Assembly: GCA_050250895.1 (NCBI GenBank)
Contig: JBFWNU010000004.1
Location: forward strand, 526,934 to 590,933
Source of the DNA: Vulcanimicrobiota bacterium
GTDB taxonomy: Bacteria > Vulcanimicrobiota > Xenobia > Xenobiales > JADMJV01
Length of the DNA stretch: 64,000 nt
Direction: 5' to 3'
This document shows positions 50,700 to 60,468 of this stretch, piece by piece (positions within the stretch are counted from its first letter, which is position 1; each line of letters opens with the position of its first letter). A program made the position numbers and the translations under genes. The notes under the pieces were generated by a model that saw only the letters and a list, made by a program, of their open reading frames with translations, did not search any database and had not been told where the DNA came from.

Positions 50700-52226
50700 T
50701 TGGAACCTCTTGACCTGAAGAAGCCGGGCGTACTCATGGGGCTAGGAATAGCCCTGGCGGTGTTCCTGATGATGACCACCGCGGGGTTGTTCCTCAGCAT
50801 CGGCAAGGTCAATCCTGACGACGGCCAGGTCGTCGCCGAGTCGCAGCCTTACCTCGAGGCCCGTTTTCTGGGCTTTCCCGTGGCCGGCCAGATGCTGGTG
50901 GATGCCCGCCCCATCGCCTTTACCATGCAACGCTTCCCCGGGCGCGTGGTGGGGCTGCCGGGCCCGTTGTCGGAGGGCTCGCACACGGTGGTGCTCGACC
51001 TGCGCACGGCCCTGGGCCGCCGGGCTCGCAAGGTGTGGCAGGTGCGGGTCGACCGCCAGGGTCCTGGTCTGACCCTCGAGTCCCCCGCCGACGGTGAAGT
51101 GACCGGCAAGGAAGAACTCGAAGTCCAGGGCCACTCCGAGCCGGGTAGCCGGGTGCGCATCAACGACCAGGAGGTGAGAGCCGACGGAGGTGGCCAGTTC
51201 AGCCTCAGTCTGACCCTCAAGCCGGGCGAGAATACCCTGACGGTATCGGCTGTCGACGAGGCCGGCAATACCGAAACGCTCGAGCGAGGTTTCTATTGCG
51301 ACCTGACCCCGCCAGAAGTGAAAGTGATTTCGCCCAAAGAGGGCGAGCACATCAAGAAGGCCCCTCCCACCGTGACTCTGGCCATCCAGGAGGACCGTGG
51401 TCTCAAAGACATCGTGGTGACCGTCGATGGCAAGGAATACAAAAGCCAGGCCGATGAAGAATCGGGCCAGTTCCATATTTCCCTGGGCAACCTGGCCCAG
51501 GGCGAGCGCCAGCTGACGGTCATGGTCGAGGATCTGGCCGGCCACCTGATCAAGCACGAACGCACGGTGGTGGTCGACACCTCCGAGACCTTTGGCGAGG
51601 CCAACCTGACCCGCGGCGCGGTGGGCGCCGACGTCAAGGGCCTGCAGAAGCGCCTGCACAAGCTAGGTTTCCTCGAACAATCCGATATCAACGGGCAGTT
51701 CGACGAGACCACCCTGAGCGCCCTCAAGCGTTATCAAACCGAGGAGGGGCTCGAGCCCGACGGCACCGTGGGACCTCAGGTGCTGGCCTCGCTCGGCCCG
51801 CGAATCTATGTGAACCTGGCCAGGTTTGGACTGGTGCTCGAAGACCCCATGGCCGCTCCCCGACGGTTCGGCATTGCCCACGGCATGCTCGAGCATCCTA
51901 CTCCAACGGGCAAATTCCGCATCGTCGAGAAAATCAAGAACCCCGAGTGGATCCCTCCCGATTCTCCCTGGGCTCGCGAGGCCAAGTTGACCCCGCCCGG
52001 GCCCGACAACCCGCTGGGCACTCGCTGGCTGGGCCTGGATTCGAACCTCGTGGGCCTGCACGGCACGCCCTTTCCGGGCACCATCGGCACCCGCTCGTCC
52101 CACGGGTGTGTAAGGCTGAAGATTACCGATATCGAGGCTCTCTACGAATTGGTCAACGTGGGTACGCCCGTGACCATCTTCGCCGGCAGCGAAGACGACC
52201 CGAACCTCGAGAGACTCTGGCCCTGA
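50700..52226 (+). CDS. L,D-transpeptidase with Ig-like and peptidoglycan-binding domains
   Basis: N-terminal TM helix; D.AGN and D.TPP Ig repeats; LQKRL..LG..YQ..GL.PDG.VGP; HGT...SHGCVRL. Confidence 0.9.
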   Translation: MEPLDLKKPGVLMGLGIALAVFLMMTTAGLFLSIGKVNPDDGQVVAESQPYLEARFLGFPVAGQMLVDARPIAFTMQRFPGRVVGLPGPLSEGSHTVVLDLRTALGRRARKVWQVRVDRQGPGLTLESPADGEVTGKEELEVQGHSEPGSRVRINDQEVRADGGGQFSLSLTLKPGENTLTVSAVDEAGNTETLERGFYCDLTPPEVKVISPKEGEHIKKAPPTVTLAIQEDRGLKDIVVTVDGKEYKSQADEESGQFHISLGNLAQGERQLTVMVEDLAGHLIKHERTVVVDTSETFGEANLTRGAVGADVKGLQKRLHKLGFLEQSDINGQFDETTLSALKRYQTEEGLEPDGTVGPQVLASLGPRIYVNLARFGLVLEDPMAAPRRFGIAHGMLEHPTPTGKFRIVEKIKNPEWIPPDSPWAREAKLTPPGPDNPLGTRWLGLDSNLVGLHGTPFPGTIGTRSSHGCVRLKITDIEALYELVNVGTPVTIFAGSEDDPNLERLWP

Positions 52227-52879
52227 TGCACGAGAAGATCCTGGTGGTCGAGGACGAGGCGTCCATCGCCGATTTTCTCCAGGTCAATCTCTCCAAAGAA
52301 GGCTTCTCGGTGGTCTGGGCTCGCGACGGACTCGAAGCTGTCGAACTGTTTGGCCAGCACAGCCCCGACCTGGTCCTGCTGGATATGATGCTGCCAGGCC
52401 TGACCGGGTTGGATGTGCTCAAGCGCATTCGCCATCACTCCGAGGCGCCGGTGCTGGTGGTCTCGGTGCGCGATGACGAAGTCGACAAGGTGTGCGCCCT
52501 CGAGATGGGGGCCGACGACTATGTGACCAAGCCGTTCTCGGCCCGCGAATTGGTGGCTCGCATCCGGGCCAATCTCAGAGTAGGCCGGGGTCAGCAGCGG
52601 GTGCGCCTGGCCGACCTCGAGATCGACTTTCGACGGGCCGAGTTGTTTCGCGACGGCGTGCGCATCTTTCTCTCGGCCCGTGAGTTCGAGACGCTCCATC
52701 TGCTCTATCAGAATCGGGATCGGGTGCTCACCCGCGACTTCTTTCTAGAGAGGGTTTGGGGCTACGACTACGAGGGCGACCCCAGAGTGGTCGACACCAC
52801 CGTCAAGCGCCTGCGACGCAAGATCGGGGCCGATCTGGTCGAGACAGTCCGAGGGCTGGGCTACCGCCTGCCTCGATGA
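52226..52879 (+). CDS. OmpR/PhoB-family response regulator (CreB-like)
   Basis: VVEDE, LLDMMLPG, KPF, TVRGLGY. Confidence 0.93.
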   Translation: MHEKILVVEDEASIADFLQVNLSKEGFSVVWARDGLEAVELFGQHSPDLVLLDMMLPGLTGLDVLKRIRHHSEAPVLVVSVRDDEVDKVCALEMGADDYVTKPFSARELVARIRANLRVGRGQQRVRLADLEIDFRRAELFRDGVRIFLSAREFETLHLLYQNRDRVLTRDFFLERVWGYDYEGDPRVVDTTVKRLRRKIGADLVETVRGLGYRLPR

Positions 52880-54255
52880 GGACAGTCTCCTGGCTGCTGC
52901 TGGCCAGTCTCGGCCTGATCGCCCTGTTCGCCCTGGCCTCGGCCCTGATGCGCGGCTACGAGCGGACCGAACTCAACCGGCTAGAGAGTTCGATGGCAGC
53001 CACCGCGCGCATCGTGGCTCCCCAGGTCGAGCCCTCCTTGAGCCGCCCTACCCCACCGCCCCGACCGGACCTGCAAAGAGCCCTGCGCGAGACCGGCAAT
53101 GTCACCGGCTCGCGCACCCGGGTGCTCGACCGCAATCGCTCGGTATGGATCGACTCGCTGGAGCAACCTCCCCAACAAGGGCTTCGCTTTCGTCCCGAGA
53201 TCGACCAGGCGTTTGCCGGCCACTACTCGGCCTACACCCGTTTCGCCGACGAAAACGAACTCTCGCTGGCCCTGTTCATCGCCTGGCCCGTCTTCTCGGG
53301 CGATCAGGTGGTGGGGGTGGTCTACATCAGTCACACCACCGACGAGATTCTCCAGCACCTGGGTAAGCTGCGCCGCCGGGCTCAGCAACTGTTGGCCGGC
53401 CTGACGGTGGTGGTCTTCCTGGCCGCTCTCGGCCTCTCGGGCAGCTTGTCGCGCACGCTGGGGCGCCTGCGCGGGGTGGTCAGCCCCGGGGTGGCCGAGG
53501 AAGGTCTCGACGACGTGACCCGCATCGAGCGTAGCTTTCAGCAACTGGTCGACAATCTCGAGACCAAGGTGGCCGAACTCGAACTCGAACGCACTCGCAC
53601 CCGCCAGTTCATCGAGGACGTGGCCCACGAACTCAAGACGCCGGTCACCGGGTTATGCGGCTCGGTCGAAACCTTGATGGCGGCCGAACTCGAGCCCGAA
53701 ACCCAGCAAAAGCTGCTGGGAAATCTCGAGCGTGAGGCCCAGCGCCTGTCGACTCTGACCTCTCGCCTGCTCGAGCGGCAAAAGCTCGACTATTACGAAA
53801 TGCAGCCGGTCGATTTCGAGCTGGTATCCTTGCTCGAGACGGTGCTCGACAGTTTCGCGGTAGCGGCCGAAAAGCGCGAGGTGAAGCTGGTCTTCCAGGG
53901 GCCCGACCAGGCCCGAGCCCGAGGGGATGCCGATAAGTTGCGACGGGTGGTCGAGAACCTGGTCGAAAACGCCGTGCGTTGTTCGCCCCGGGGGTCGCAG
54001 GTGACCATCGGCCTCGAGGGACAGGCCGCCGGTTGGCGGGTGAGCGTTGACGACGAGGGACCGGGTGTGCCCGAGGCCCTGCGCGAAAAGATCTTCGAGC
54101 GCCATCGCCAGGGCAAGGAACAAGCCGGCAGCCTGGGCCTGGGACTGTCGATCGCCGCCGAGATCGTGTCGCGCCACGGGCACACCCTTCTGGTCGAGCC
54201 TCGAACACGGGTTGGCTCGAGATTTGCCTTTGTGGTCGAGCGAACTGACACCTGA
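52876..54255 (+). CDS. Membrane sensor histidine kinase (CreC-like)
   Basis: Two TM helices; AHELKTP, ENA, DEGPG, GLGL. Confidence 0.9.
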   Translation: MRTVSWLLLASLGLIALFALASALMRGYERTELNRLESSMAATARIVAPQVEPSLSRPTPPPRPDLQRALRETGNVTGSRTRVLDRNRSVWIDSLEQPPQQGLRFRPEIDQAFAGHYSAYTRFADENELSLALFIAWPVFSGDQVVGVVYISHTTDEILQHLGKLRRRAQQLLAGLTVVVFLAALGLSGSLSRTLGRLRGVVSPGVAEEGLDDVTRIERSFQQLVDNLETKVAELELERTRTRQFIEDVAHELKTPVTGLCGSVETLMAAELEPETQQKLLGNLEREAQRLSTLTSRLLERQKLDYYEMQPVDFELVSLLETVLDSFAVAAEKREVKLVFQGPDQARARGDADKLRRVVENLVENAVRCSPRGSQVTIGLEGQAAGWRVSVDDEGPGVPEALREKIFERHRQGKEQAGSLGLGLSIAAEIVSRHGHTLLVEPRTRVGSRFAFVVERTDT

Positions 54256-54306
54256 TTGACACACGGGTGACCTGCGCCTGACCAGCGCTACCGCTAGCCT
54301 GGGGGT

Positions 54307-55434
54307 ATGCGCTATACCACCCTGTTCTTGATCTATTTGCTCGCCTCGTTTGCCTGGGTCATGCTGGGTCTTCGCCTGCAAGCCCGTCACCAGGGGCAAG
54401 ATGCCCGCTTGCGAGCGGCGGTGGCCGACCTGTGGGGGGCCAGCCATCGCCAGGAGGGCCCCACTCTGATGCATCCAGAAGGCAAGGTCCTGGCCCTGGA
54501 CTCGACCCGGGCTACGGTCGAGTTGGCCCTGGAATATCGCCGCAAAGGCATGCTCTGGTACTCGACCTATCGGGTCAACTTCGACGCCAAATACCAGCTC
54601 GAATGCCCGGTCGAGGGAGGACGCTTCCACTTTCCGCTGCCCGCCCGGGGAGGCATGTACAGCGACTTCTCGCTGGCTGTCGACGGGCAGCCGGTGGAAG
54701 GCCAACTGGCCGATTCAGTGCTGGTGCTGCCCGTGCCCAAAGGTAAGCATGAGGTCGAGGTGAGGCTCAGTTCGCAAGGCTTAGACAGCTGGTCCTATCA
54801 GTTTCGCAAGGGCAGCCCCACGCGCAGCCTCGACCTGGTGATGCACACCAATTTTACGGGGGTCGACTTTCCGGACGGAACCGTCTCGCCGGTCAGCCAG
54901 AAGAGCTATCAGAACGGCCTCGAACTCAAGTGGAGCTACGCCAAGCTCCTGACCGGCGCCACCATCGGGGTCGAGTTGCCCCATCGGTCCAATCCAGGAC
55001 CCAGGTTGATCTCGCTGTGCCTATGGGCGCCGGTGGGACTGCTGCTGTTCCTGGGTCTGACCACCGTCTTCGCCATGGTAGACCGAGTCGACATCCAACC
55101 ACTGCACTATTTCTTGCTGGTGGCTGGCTTCTTCAGCTTTCACCTCTTGCTCGTCTATCTGGGCGACGTGGTCAACCTGGCCTGGGCCTTCGGTCTGGCC
55201 GGAGCGGCCTCGAGCTTCGTCTGCGTGAGCTACGCCCGGCGGGTCACCGGCTCACCGTTTGCCTACAAGCGGGCGGCCCCGGCTCTGGCCCTGAGCCTGG
55301 TCACGTTCTCGCTGGCCTTCCTGAGCGAGGCCTACCGGGGACTGCTGCTGGTGGTGTTGTTGGTGGTCTGTCTGCACGTGGTCATGCAGGTCACCGCCGG
55401 GTTTGATTGGGACGAGGTGGCCAGCAATGGCTAA
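54307..55434 (+). CDS. creD: CreD-like inner membrane protein
   Basis: WG..H..GP periplasmic domain, IQPLHY..F..LLL.YL and a multi-TM C-terminus; follows a two-component pair. Confidence 0.65.
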   Translation: MRYTTLFLIYLLASFAWVMLGLRLQARHQGQDARLRAAVADLWGASHRQEGPTLMHPEGKVLALDSTRATVELALEYRRKGMLWYSTYRVNFDAKYQLECPVEGGRFHFPLPARGGMYSDFSLAVDGQPVEGQLADSVLVLPVPKGKHEVEVRLSSQGLDSWSYQFRKGSPTRSLDLVMHTNFTGVDFPDGTVSPVSQKSYQNGLELKWSYAKLLTGATIGVELPHRSNPGPRLISLCLWAPVGLLLFLGLTTVFAMVDRVDIQPLHYFLLVAGFFSFHLLLVYLGDVVNLAWAFGLAGAASSFVCVSYARRVTGSPFAYKRAAPALALSLVTFSLAFLSEAYRGLLLVVLLVVCLHVVMQVTAGFDWDEVASNG

Positions 55435-56335
55435 GCGCAAGATTCTGCTCGGCCTCTTCGGGCTGGCTTGCCTGTGGACCGCCGTCAACCTCTATCGCAC
55501 CTACAGTTGGCCGGCCGAACCGGCGCGCCCCAGCGCCGAAAACGGGGTCTGGCTCGGCCACCGCTGGCTCACGCCTCAGTCCGACGTGACCCAACTAGCC
55601 GCTCGAGTCGAGCAGCACGGTCTGGGCTATCTGTTCGTGCACGCCGGACCCCTCGATTGGCAGGGCAAAGTGGCCGCTCTGCCTGGCGAGTGGGACGGAT
55701 TGGCACAACTTCGCCGCCATTGCCCCGAGACCCAAATCTATGCCTGGCTGGGCGGACTTAACGCCGACTTTCTGGGTCAGGCCGAGGACACCGTGGACCT
55801 TTCTTCGTCGCGGGTGCGAGCCAACATTGTGGCCACCGGCCGCCGCCTGGTCGAGGCCGGCTTCGATGGGATTCACTATGACCTCGAGCCGGTGCGCGAG
55901 GGAGACTCCAACTTTCTAGCTCTGCTGCGTGAGAGTCGCGAGGCCGGGCTGCTGGTCTCGGTGGCCACTCCCCAGGTGCGACCACAAGGCCTGCCACTGC
56001 CCCAGCTGTGGAGCCAGGACTACTACATCCGGGTGGGCGGTCTGGTCGACCAGGTGGTGCTGATGGGCTATGACACCTGCCAGCCCAGCCAGGACCTCTA
56101 TACCCGCTATCTGGCCTATCAGACCCACCAGGTGGGCACGGTCAGTTGCCAGTTCCTTTTGGGCTTGCCCACTTACGATGACAACGCGCCCTATCACAAT
56201 CCGGCCCACGAGACGCTGGCCGCCGGACTGGCGGCCGCCGGCCCGGCCGACGGAGTGGCCATCTATGCCTATTGGACGACCACGGAGTCAGATTGGACGC
56301 TCATCGACGATGGGCGTCGAAAAAGTCGCCAATGA
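55427..56335 (+). CDS. GH18-like glycoside hydrolase
   Basis: Signal anchor; GFDGIHYDLEP, MGYD, LGLP.Y. Confidence 0.7.
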   Translation: MAKRKILLGLFGLACLWTAVNLYRTYSWPAEPARPSAENGVWLGHRWLTPQSDVTQLAARVEQHGLGYLFVHAGPLDWQGKVAALPGEWDGLAQLRRHCPETQIYAWLGGLNADFLGQAEDTVDLSSSRVRANIVATGRRLVEAGFDGIHYDLEPVREGDSNFLALLRESREAGLLVSVATPQVRPQGLPLPQLWSQDYYIRVGGLVDQVVLMGYDTCQPSQDLYTRYLAYQTHQVGTVSCQFLLGLPTYDDNAPYHNPAHETLAAGLAAAGPADGVAIYAYWTTTESDWTLIDDGRRKSRQ

Positions 56336-57176
56336 TCTCGACGGCGTCGATGTCGCGACAGACTCTTCCGATCATCTTCTCGGGCAGATACTGGTGGCCT
56401 CCTGGCACGGTGTGACCACCGCCGATGACGCGATAGAAAACCACCTCGGCTGCCCCGCCGGCGTAGACGCTCTTTTCAACGCTACAGCCGTCGTTGGTCA
56501 GATCCGGAAGCTTTTCGACCACCGGCTCGCCGCTGCAGCCGTTGCGGCCGCACCAGAGCTCGAGAGCCCTGGCGGTCGAGACGATGGGCACGGCCTTCAC
56601 CTTGCCCACCGAGATCGCTCCACCCGCGTAGGGAACCCAGGGGTCGGTGGTGCTCTGAAAGATGAGCACCGAAACCGGCCGGGTGGGAGCAAAATCGCGA
56701 GCCATCGGCTCGGTCAGTCCGCCGATGATAGGCGCGATGGCGGCAAAGCGGTCGGACATCTCCATCCCCACCCGATGGCTCATGATGCCGCCGTTGGACG
56801 GCCCGGTGGCGTAGACCCGATTGGGATGGATGGGATAGTCCTTGGCGACCCGATCCAGCAGCGCTCGAACGAAAGCGAGATCATCCACGGCTCTGCTCAT
56901 CCCGAGGTCTTGGGGCCGCGAACGGCCATCACTCCAGTGATGTTCAAAGCCGTCCGGAAAGACCACCAGATAGCCCCGGTCGGCTAGTCTTGAAAAACCT
57001 TGCAGAGCCGTTCCTCGAGCCGAACCGCCGCCTCCATGGAAGACGATGATCACCGGCAAGCGCCGGTCCGACTCGCGGCTGCTCGGCTCGACTACAAAGT
57101 AACGGCGCCGCTCGCCGTCGACATTCAGATAAACCAGGCAGGGCGGGCCAAGCACGGTAAAGCGGTGGCCAGCCAC
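56301..57176 (-). CDS. LpqC/PHB-depolymerase-family esterase
   Basis: FHGGGG, VFPDG, DDLAF, GPSNGG, GGGH. Confidence 0.85.
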   Translation of the reverse strand: MAGHRFTVLGPPCLVYLNVDGERRRYFVVEPSSRESDRRLPVIIVFHGGGGSARGTALQGFSRLADRGYLVVFPDGFEHHWSDGRSRPQDLGMSRAVDDLAFVRALLDRVAKDYPIHPNRVYATGPSNGGIMSHRVGMEMSDRFAAIAPIIGGLTEPMARDFAPTRPVSVLIFQSTTDPWVPYAGGAISVGKVKAVPIVSTARALELWCGRNGCSGEPVVEKLPDLTNDGCSVEKSVYAGGAAEVVFYRVIGGGHTVPGGHQYLPEKMIGRVCRDIDAVEIIGDFFDAHRR

Positions 57177-57209
57177 AGAGCTACCACGAGAGCCTTGAGC
57201 ACGAAAGTG

Positions 57210-58031
57210 TTATTGAGGGACACTCTCGCCGGCCAGGTGGTAGAACAGGCTGCCGTCGTAGAGTTGATGGAATCGCTCCCGGCTGAGGGCATTCACGGTT
57301 TGCCCGTCAACCTGAGTGGGTTGACCCGCCAGTTCAAGCAACATCTCGAACTCGGCGCGGGCGCCCGCCTGGCCGGAATCGGTCTTGTTGCCGGCCAGCA
57401 GATGCTCGATCTCGCCAGCGTCGAGAGCGTTGTTTTTGTCGAGATCATTAGCGTTGAACATCTGGTCGACTCGCTCGGGGACGACCTGGCCCTGAGTGTC
57501 GTAGATGCCGGTATCGCTGCCGTGCTTGCCGAGGTGGATGTTGTCGGTGATGATGGTGGTGGGCGAATACCAGGGGGCTCCGGTTGCAGGGCCCAGCGCT
57601 CCGTTGATAACGGTGGCTACCAGGGCGGCTTTGGGAGCGGCCATGTGCATGGCGCGCAAACCCTGATAGGTCTCGGGAATCTGGATGTCGCCATCACCGT
57701 CGCGGTCAAAGAAGTCGACGTGCTTCTCCAGGCCGGTGCGAGTCTGGCTGACGGTGGTGGCCGGCGTGATCGGCACAAATGCGCTGCCAGCCACGACGGC
57801 CGCGAGTCCGGCCAGGGCCAGGCCGACCTTGAGACCTAGATGTCTTGATTTGGGGGCCACCGGGTCGCTGGTGGGTCCGAGGGTGGCTGGCTCGATGGTA
57901 TCAGGGCCGCCCGAGGTCGGGGGGGCGGTCGATTCAAATCGATCGGTGTCGGGGGAGGGGGTCTGGGGCGGGGTTGCGGATGCAAACCTGGACACAGGCG
58001 TGGCCAGGGCTGGCGTGAACTTTACTTGCAT
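57210..58031 (-). CDS. Caleosin/peroxygenase family protein
   Basis: KHVDFFDRDGDGDIQIPETYQG, NIH.GKHGSD.GIYD, YDGSLF. Confidence 0.85.
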   Translation of the reverse strand: MQVKFTPALATPVSRFASATPPQTPSPDTDRFESTAPPTSGGPDTIEPATLGPTSDPVAPKSRHLGLKVGLALAGLAAVVAGSAFVPITPATTVSQTRTGLEKHVDFFDRDGDGDIQIPETYQGLRAMHMAAPKAALVATVINGALGPATGAPWYSPTTIITDNIHLGKHGSDTGIYDTQGQVVPERVDQMFNANDLDKNNALDAGEIEHLLAGNKTDSGQAGARAEFEMLLELAGQPTQVDGQTVNALSRERFHQLYDGSLFYHLAGESVPQ

Positions 58032-58115
58032 GGCGTGGCGGGACTCCTTATTACTTGAGCGATTGGTGGCCCCGAGCGAGACTATCCCAGCGACGTGAAA
58101 GAATGCTGAATTGGG

Positions 58116-59012
58116 TCAGGGACCGAGATATCGCTTCATCAGAGCGCCCAGGCCCACCAGCAAGAAACCGCCACAGCTCACCAGCACGGTCTCCCAAAAA
58201 TAGCCGAAGGTCCAGGCTGCCTCAAAGGTGCCGACGCGCGGAGAGCCCTTCCTGTAGCGCACCTGGGGATGGCTTCCCACCGCCAGGCTCCCGGCCGCGA
58301 GTTGCTCGAGCTGGCTTCGGTTTCGGCTGCTGGCCCGGGTCGAAAGGGTCGACTCGACCGTCTGTCCCTCGGCCGTGTAGCTGCATCTGACCTGCAATCG
58401 CAAGGTGTTGCGGGTGGCCGGCACGATGCGGTTCGAAATCACGGTGGCTTCGGCCACGGGCCAGTTGGTGAGAACATCGACCTTCTTGACCACCAGGACC
58501 ACCCCCACCCCGACCAATCCCAGCCCGATGACTACAAAACCCAACCCGGCCAGAGCTACGGCGTCGCTACGGTCGCTCAAAGCCATGACACCGACCGGAA
58601 TCACCCCGAACAACAGACCCCCTCCCGCCAAAGCCAGGGGGATGATCCAATCGCTCCCGCCGGGCGGCAGGCGAAGGTCCTCGGGATCGCTGGGGTTCTG
58701 GGGCAGGTCGACCTCGGCTCCCACTGGAGTAGCTGCCAGGGCCGACTCGATCAAGGTTACATCCGAACTCGACCAGGAGGTGGTCAGGACTTTCTCGGCA
58801 CCCTGGCTGGTCTTGATCCGAACCTCGCCCAGAAAGTCATTGCCGTTGGGCACAACCTGACTGGAGATCACCTCGACGGTGAGCTTCGGCCAACCTGCCA
58901 CGCGCTGCATCGACCAGCCAAAAAAGCCGCCCAGAGCAAGCAACAGGGCGCCAATTCCCCAAAAGATCAAAACCACGGGGTCGCGCAGGAACTTCATGGA
59001 TGAGATTTCCAC
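58116..59012 (-). CDS. Membrane protein with two DUF3592-like domains
   Basis: Twice TM-WP..V..S-OB-like(G..V..Y..P)-TM. Confidence 0.7.
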   Translation of the reverse strand: MEISSMKFLRDPVVLIFWGIGALLLALGGFFGWSMQRVAGWPKLTVEVISSQVVPNGNDFLGEVRIKTSQGAEKVLTTSWSSSDVTLIESALAATPVGAEVDLPQNPSDPEDLRLPPGGSDWIIPLALAGGGLLFGVIPVGVMALSDRSDAVALAGLGFVVIGLGLVGVGVVLVVKKVDVLTNWPVAEATVISNRIVPATRNTLRLQVRCSYTAEGQTVESTLSTRASSRNRSQLEQLAAGSLAVGSHPQVRYRKGSPRVGTFEAAWTFGYFWETVLVSCGGFLLVGLGALMKRYLGP

Positions 59013-59075
59013 CTGAGGACCTGGACTTTCCTACAGCGTCGAGGGTATCCAGACGGATCTGTCCAAGCCACTGCG

Positions 59076-59555
59076 ATGCGATACCTTCTCCTGGTCCTGA
59101 TGCTGCTCGGCTCCCCGGCCTGGTGCGAACTCGTAACCGACGAGGACAAGAGCTTCTCGCTGGAGTGCCCGACGGACTGGACGGTGCTCGCAGTGAAGGC
59201 TGGCCACGTCATCCTCTCGGCTCCCAACCCTCAGCTGAGCGTAATCCTGGTCGGAGTCGAGCCCGAACCCATCAAGACCGAGGCCGGCCGGGAAAGCGCC
59301 CGCGAAGTCATGAAGCAAGCTGTGGCCGGCCAATGGAAGAGCCTCGACTTCGCTCCTGAGGAATCAACCCTCTGGGCCGGCCTGAAGGGCTGGCGGTCCG
59401 AGGCGACGGCCGTGCTCAAGAGCGGCAAGACGATCTCCGGCTACGTGATCCTGGTCCAGGGTAAAACCTCGGCCTATTATCTTTTCTACCTGGCCGACAA
59501 TGTCGACCAGGCGAAGACCGCCAGCGCCTGCCTCGAAAGCTTCCAAGAGCTTTAA
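59076..59555 (+). CDS. Secreted PsbP/DcrB-like protein
   Basis: Sec signal; FSLECPTDW; LESF C-terminus. Confidence 0.6.
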   Translation: MRYLLLVLMLLGSPAWCELVTDEDKSFSLECPTDWTVLAVKAGHVILSAPNPQLSVILVGVEPEPIKTEAGRESAREVMKQAVAGQWKSLDFAPEESTLWAGLKGWRSEATAVLKSGKTISGYVILVQGKTSAYYLFYLADNVDQAKTASACLESFQEL

Positions 59556-59563
59556 TCGCCAGT

Positions 59564-60115
59564 CTAGAATCGAGTGACCGGCGGGGATTGCTGATTGGCC
59601 AAAAACACCTTGAAGGTGACCTCGTAGAGGCTTCCGGCGGCGTCGCTGGTGAGGCGAATCTCCACCATGCCCTGGGTTGGCTGGTTGAAAGAGGCCTCCC
59701 CACGCTCTCCCAGTCGAGCCAGCAGCCGGGTCCGCCCGGCATCATCTTCGTGAACCAGGTTGGTCCCCTCCAGTCGAATCTTTTGACTGGCTCCCCAGCG
59801 GGGAGCACCCCATTGATCCACCTCAAGCAGCTCGTCGTTCTTGAGGGGCGGTTGAAACTCGAGCTCGGTGGCAGCCGGGTCCCCCACTTTGGGAGCGACC
59901 AGTTCGCTCCCCCGCAGCAGCCGCTGGATGTGCCCCACGCCGAGCATAGCCGCCCGGTAAGCCTGGCTGTGAACGTCTTGCTTGGCCGAGGCCTGAAAGC
60001 TGAGGCGGTAGGCAGCCAGAGTCATCACCGTCAGCATGGCGAAGATGGCGCTGGCCACCAGCACCTCGGCCAGGGTCAGCCCTCGGCGAGTTACTCGCGG
60101 AGCAAACGCGTCCAC
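59564..60115 (-). CDS. Prepilin (PilW/GspJ-like), paralog of 45397-45981
   Basis: RRG|LTLAEV; VHSQAYRA matches VHGEAYRA. Confidence 0.82.
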   Translation of the reverse strand: MDAFAPRVTRRGLTLAEVLVASAIFAMLTVMTLAAYRLSFQASAKQDVHSQAYRAAMLGVGHIQRLLRGSELVAPKVGDPAATELEFQPPLKNDELLEVDQWGAPRWGASQKIRLEGTNLVHEDDAGRTRLLARLGERGEASFNQPTQGMVEIRLTSDAAGSLYEVTFKVFLANQQSPPVTRF

Positions 60116-60468
60116 AGCCTGTAGTTCTGCTCGGCCTGATCGTCGGTCCAGAACACCCGCACCTCGACCCGCTTGAGGTCGGGATCCTCCACCACCTCGG
60201 CGACCTCGACCTCGAAACCCGGGGTGGTCGAGGCTGCTCTGGGTCGACCGGTGCTGGTCTCGAAGTCATCCTTTAGTGATTGCTCGACCTCGCTCAACAC
60301 GGTAGAGGCCACCAGGCTGGCGGTATGACGCTGGGTTGACTTGCTCTGAGTAGAGAGGGCGAAGGTCTGCATCGAGAGCGTTCCCAGCAAAGCGATGGAA
60401 AGCACGGCCATGGCCACCAGCACCTCGGCCAGGGTGAAAGCCCGCTCAGTAGCTGGCCATCGGCACAT
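60091..60468 (-). CDS. Prepilin (PilV/GspI-like), paralog of 45033-45431
   Basis: ERA|FTLAEV; QRHTASLVA matches QRHQASVIA. Confidence 0.82.
   Translation of the reverse strand: MCRWPATERAFTLAEVLVAMAVLSIALLGTLSMQTFALSTQSKSTQRHTASLVASTVLSEVEQSLKDDFETSTGRPRAASTTPGFEVEVAEVVEDPDLKRVEVRVFWTDDQAEQNYRLWTRLLRE

Noticed and set aside
49965-50713. CRISPR array or repeat protein
   Set aside because: No variable spacers, and the 72/73-bp indels shift frame between units.
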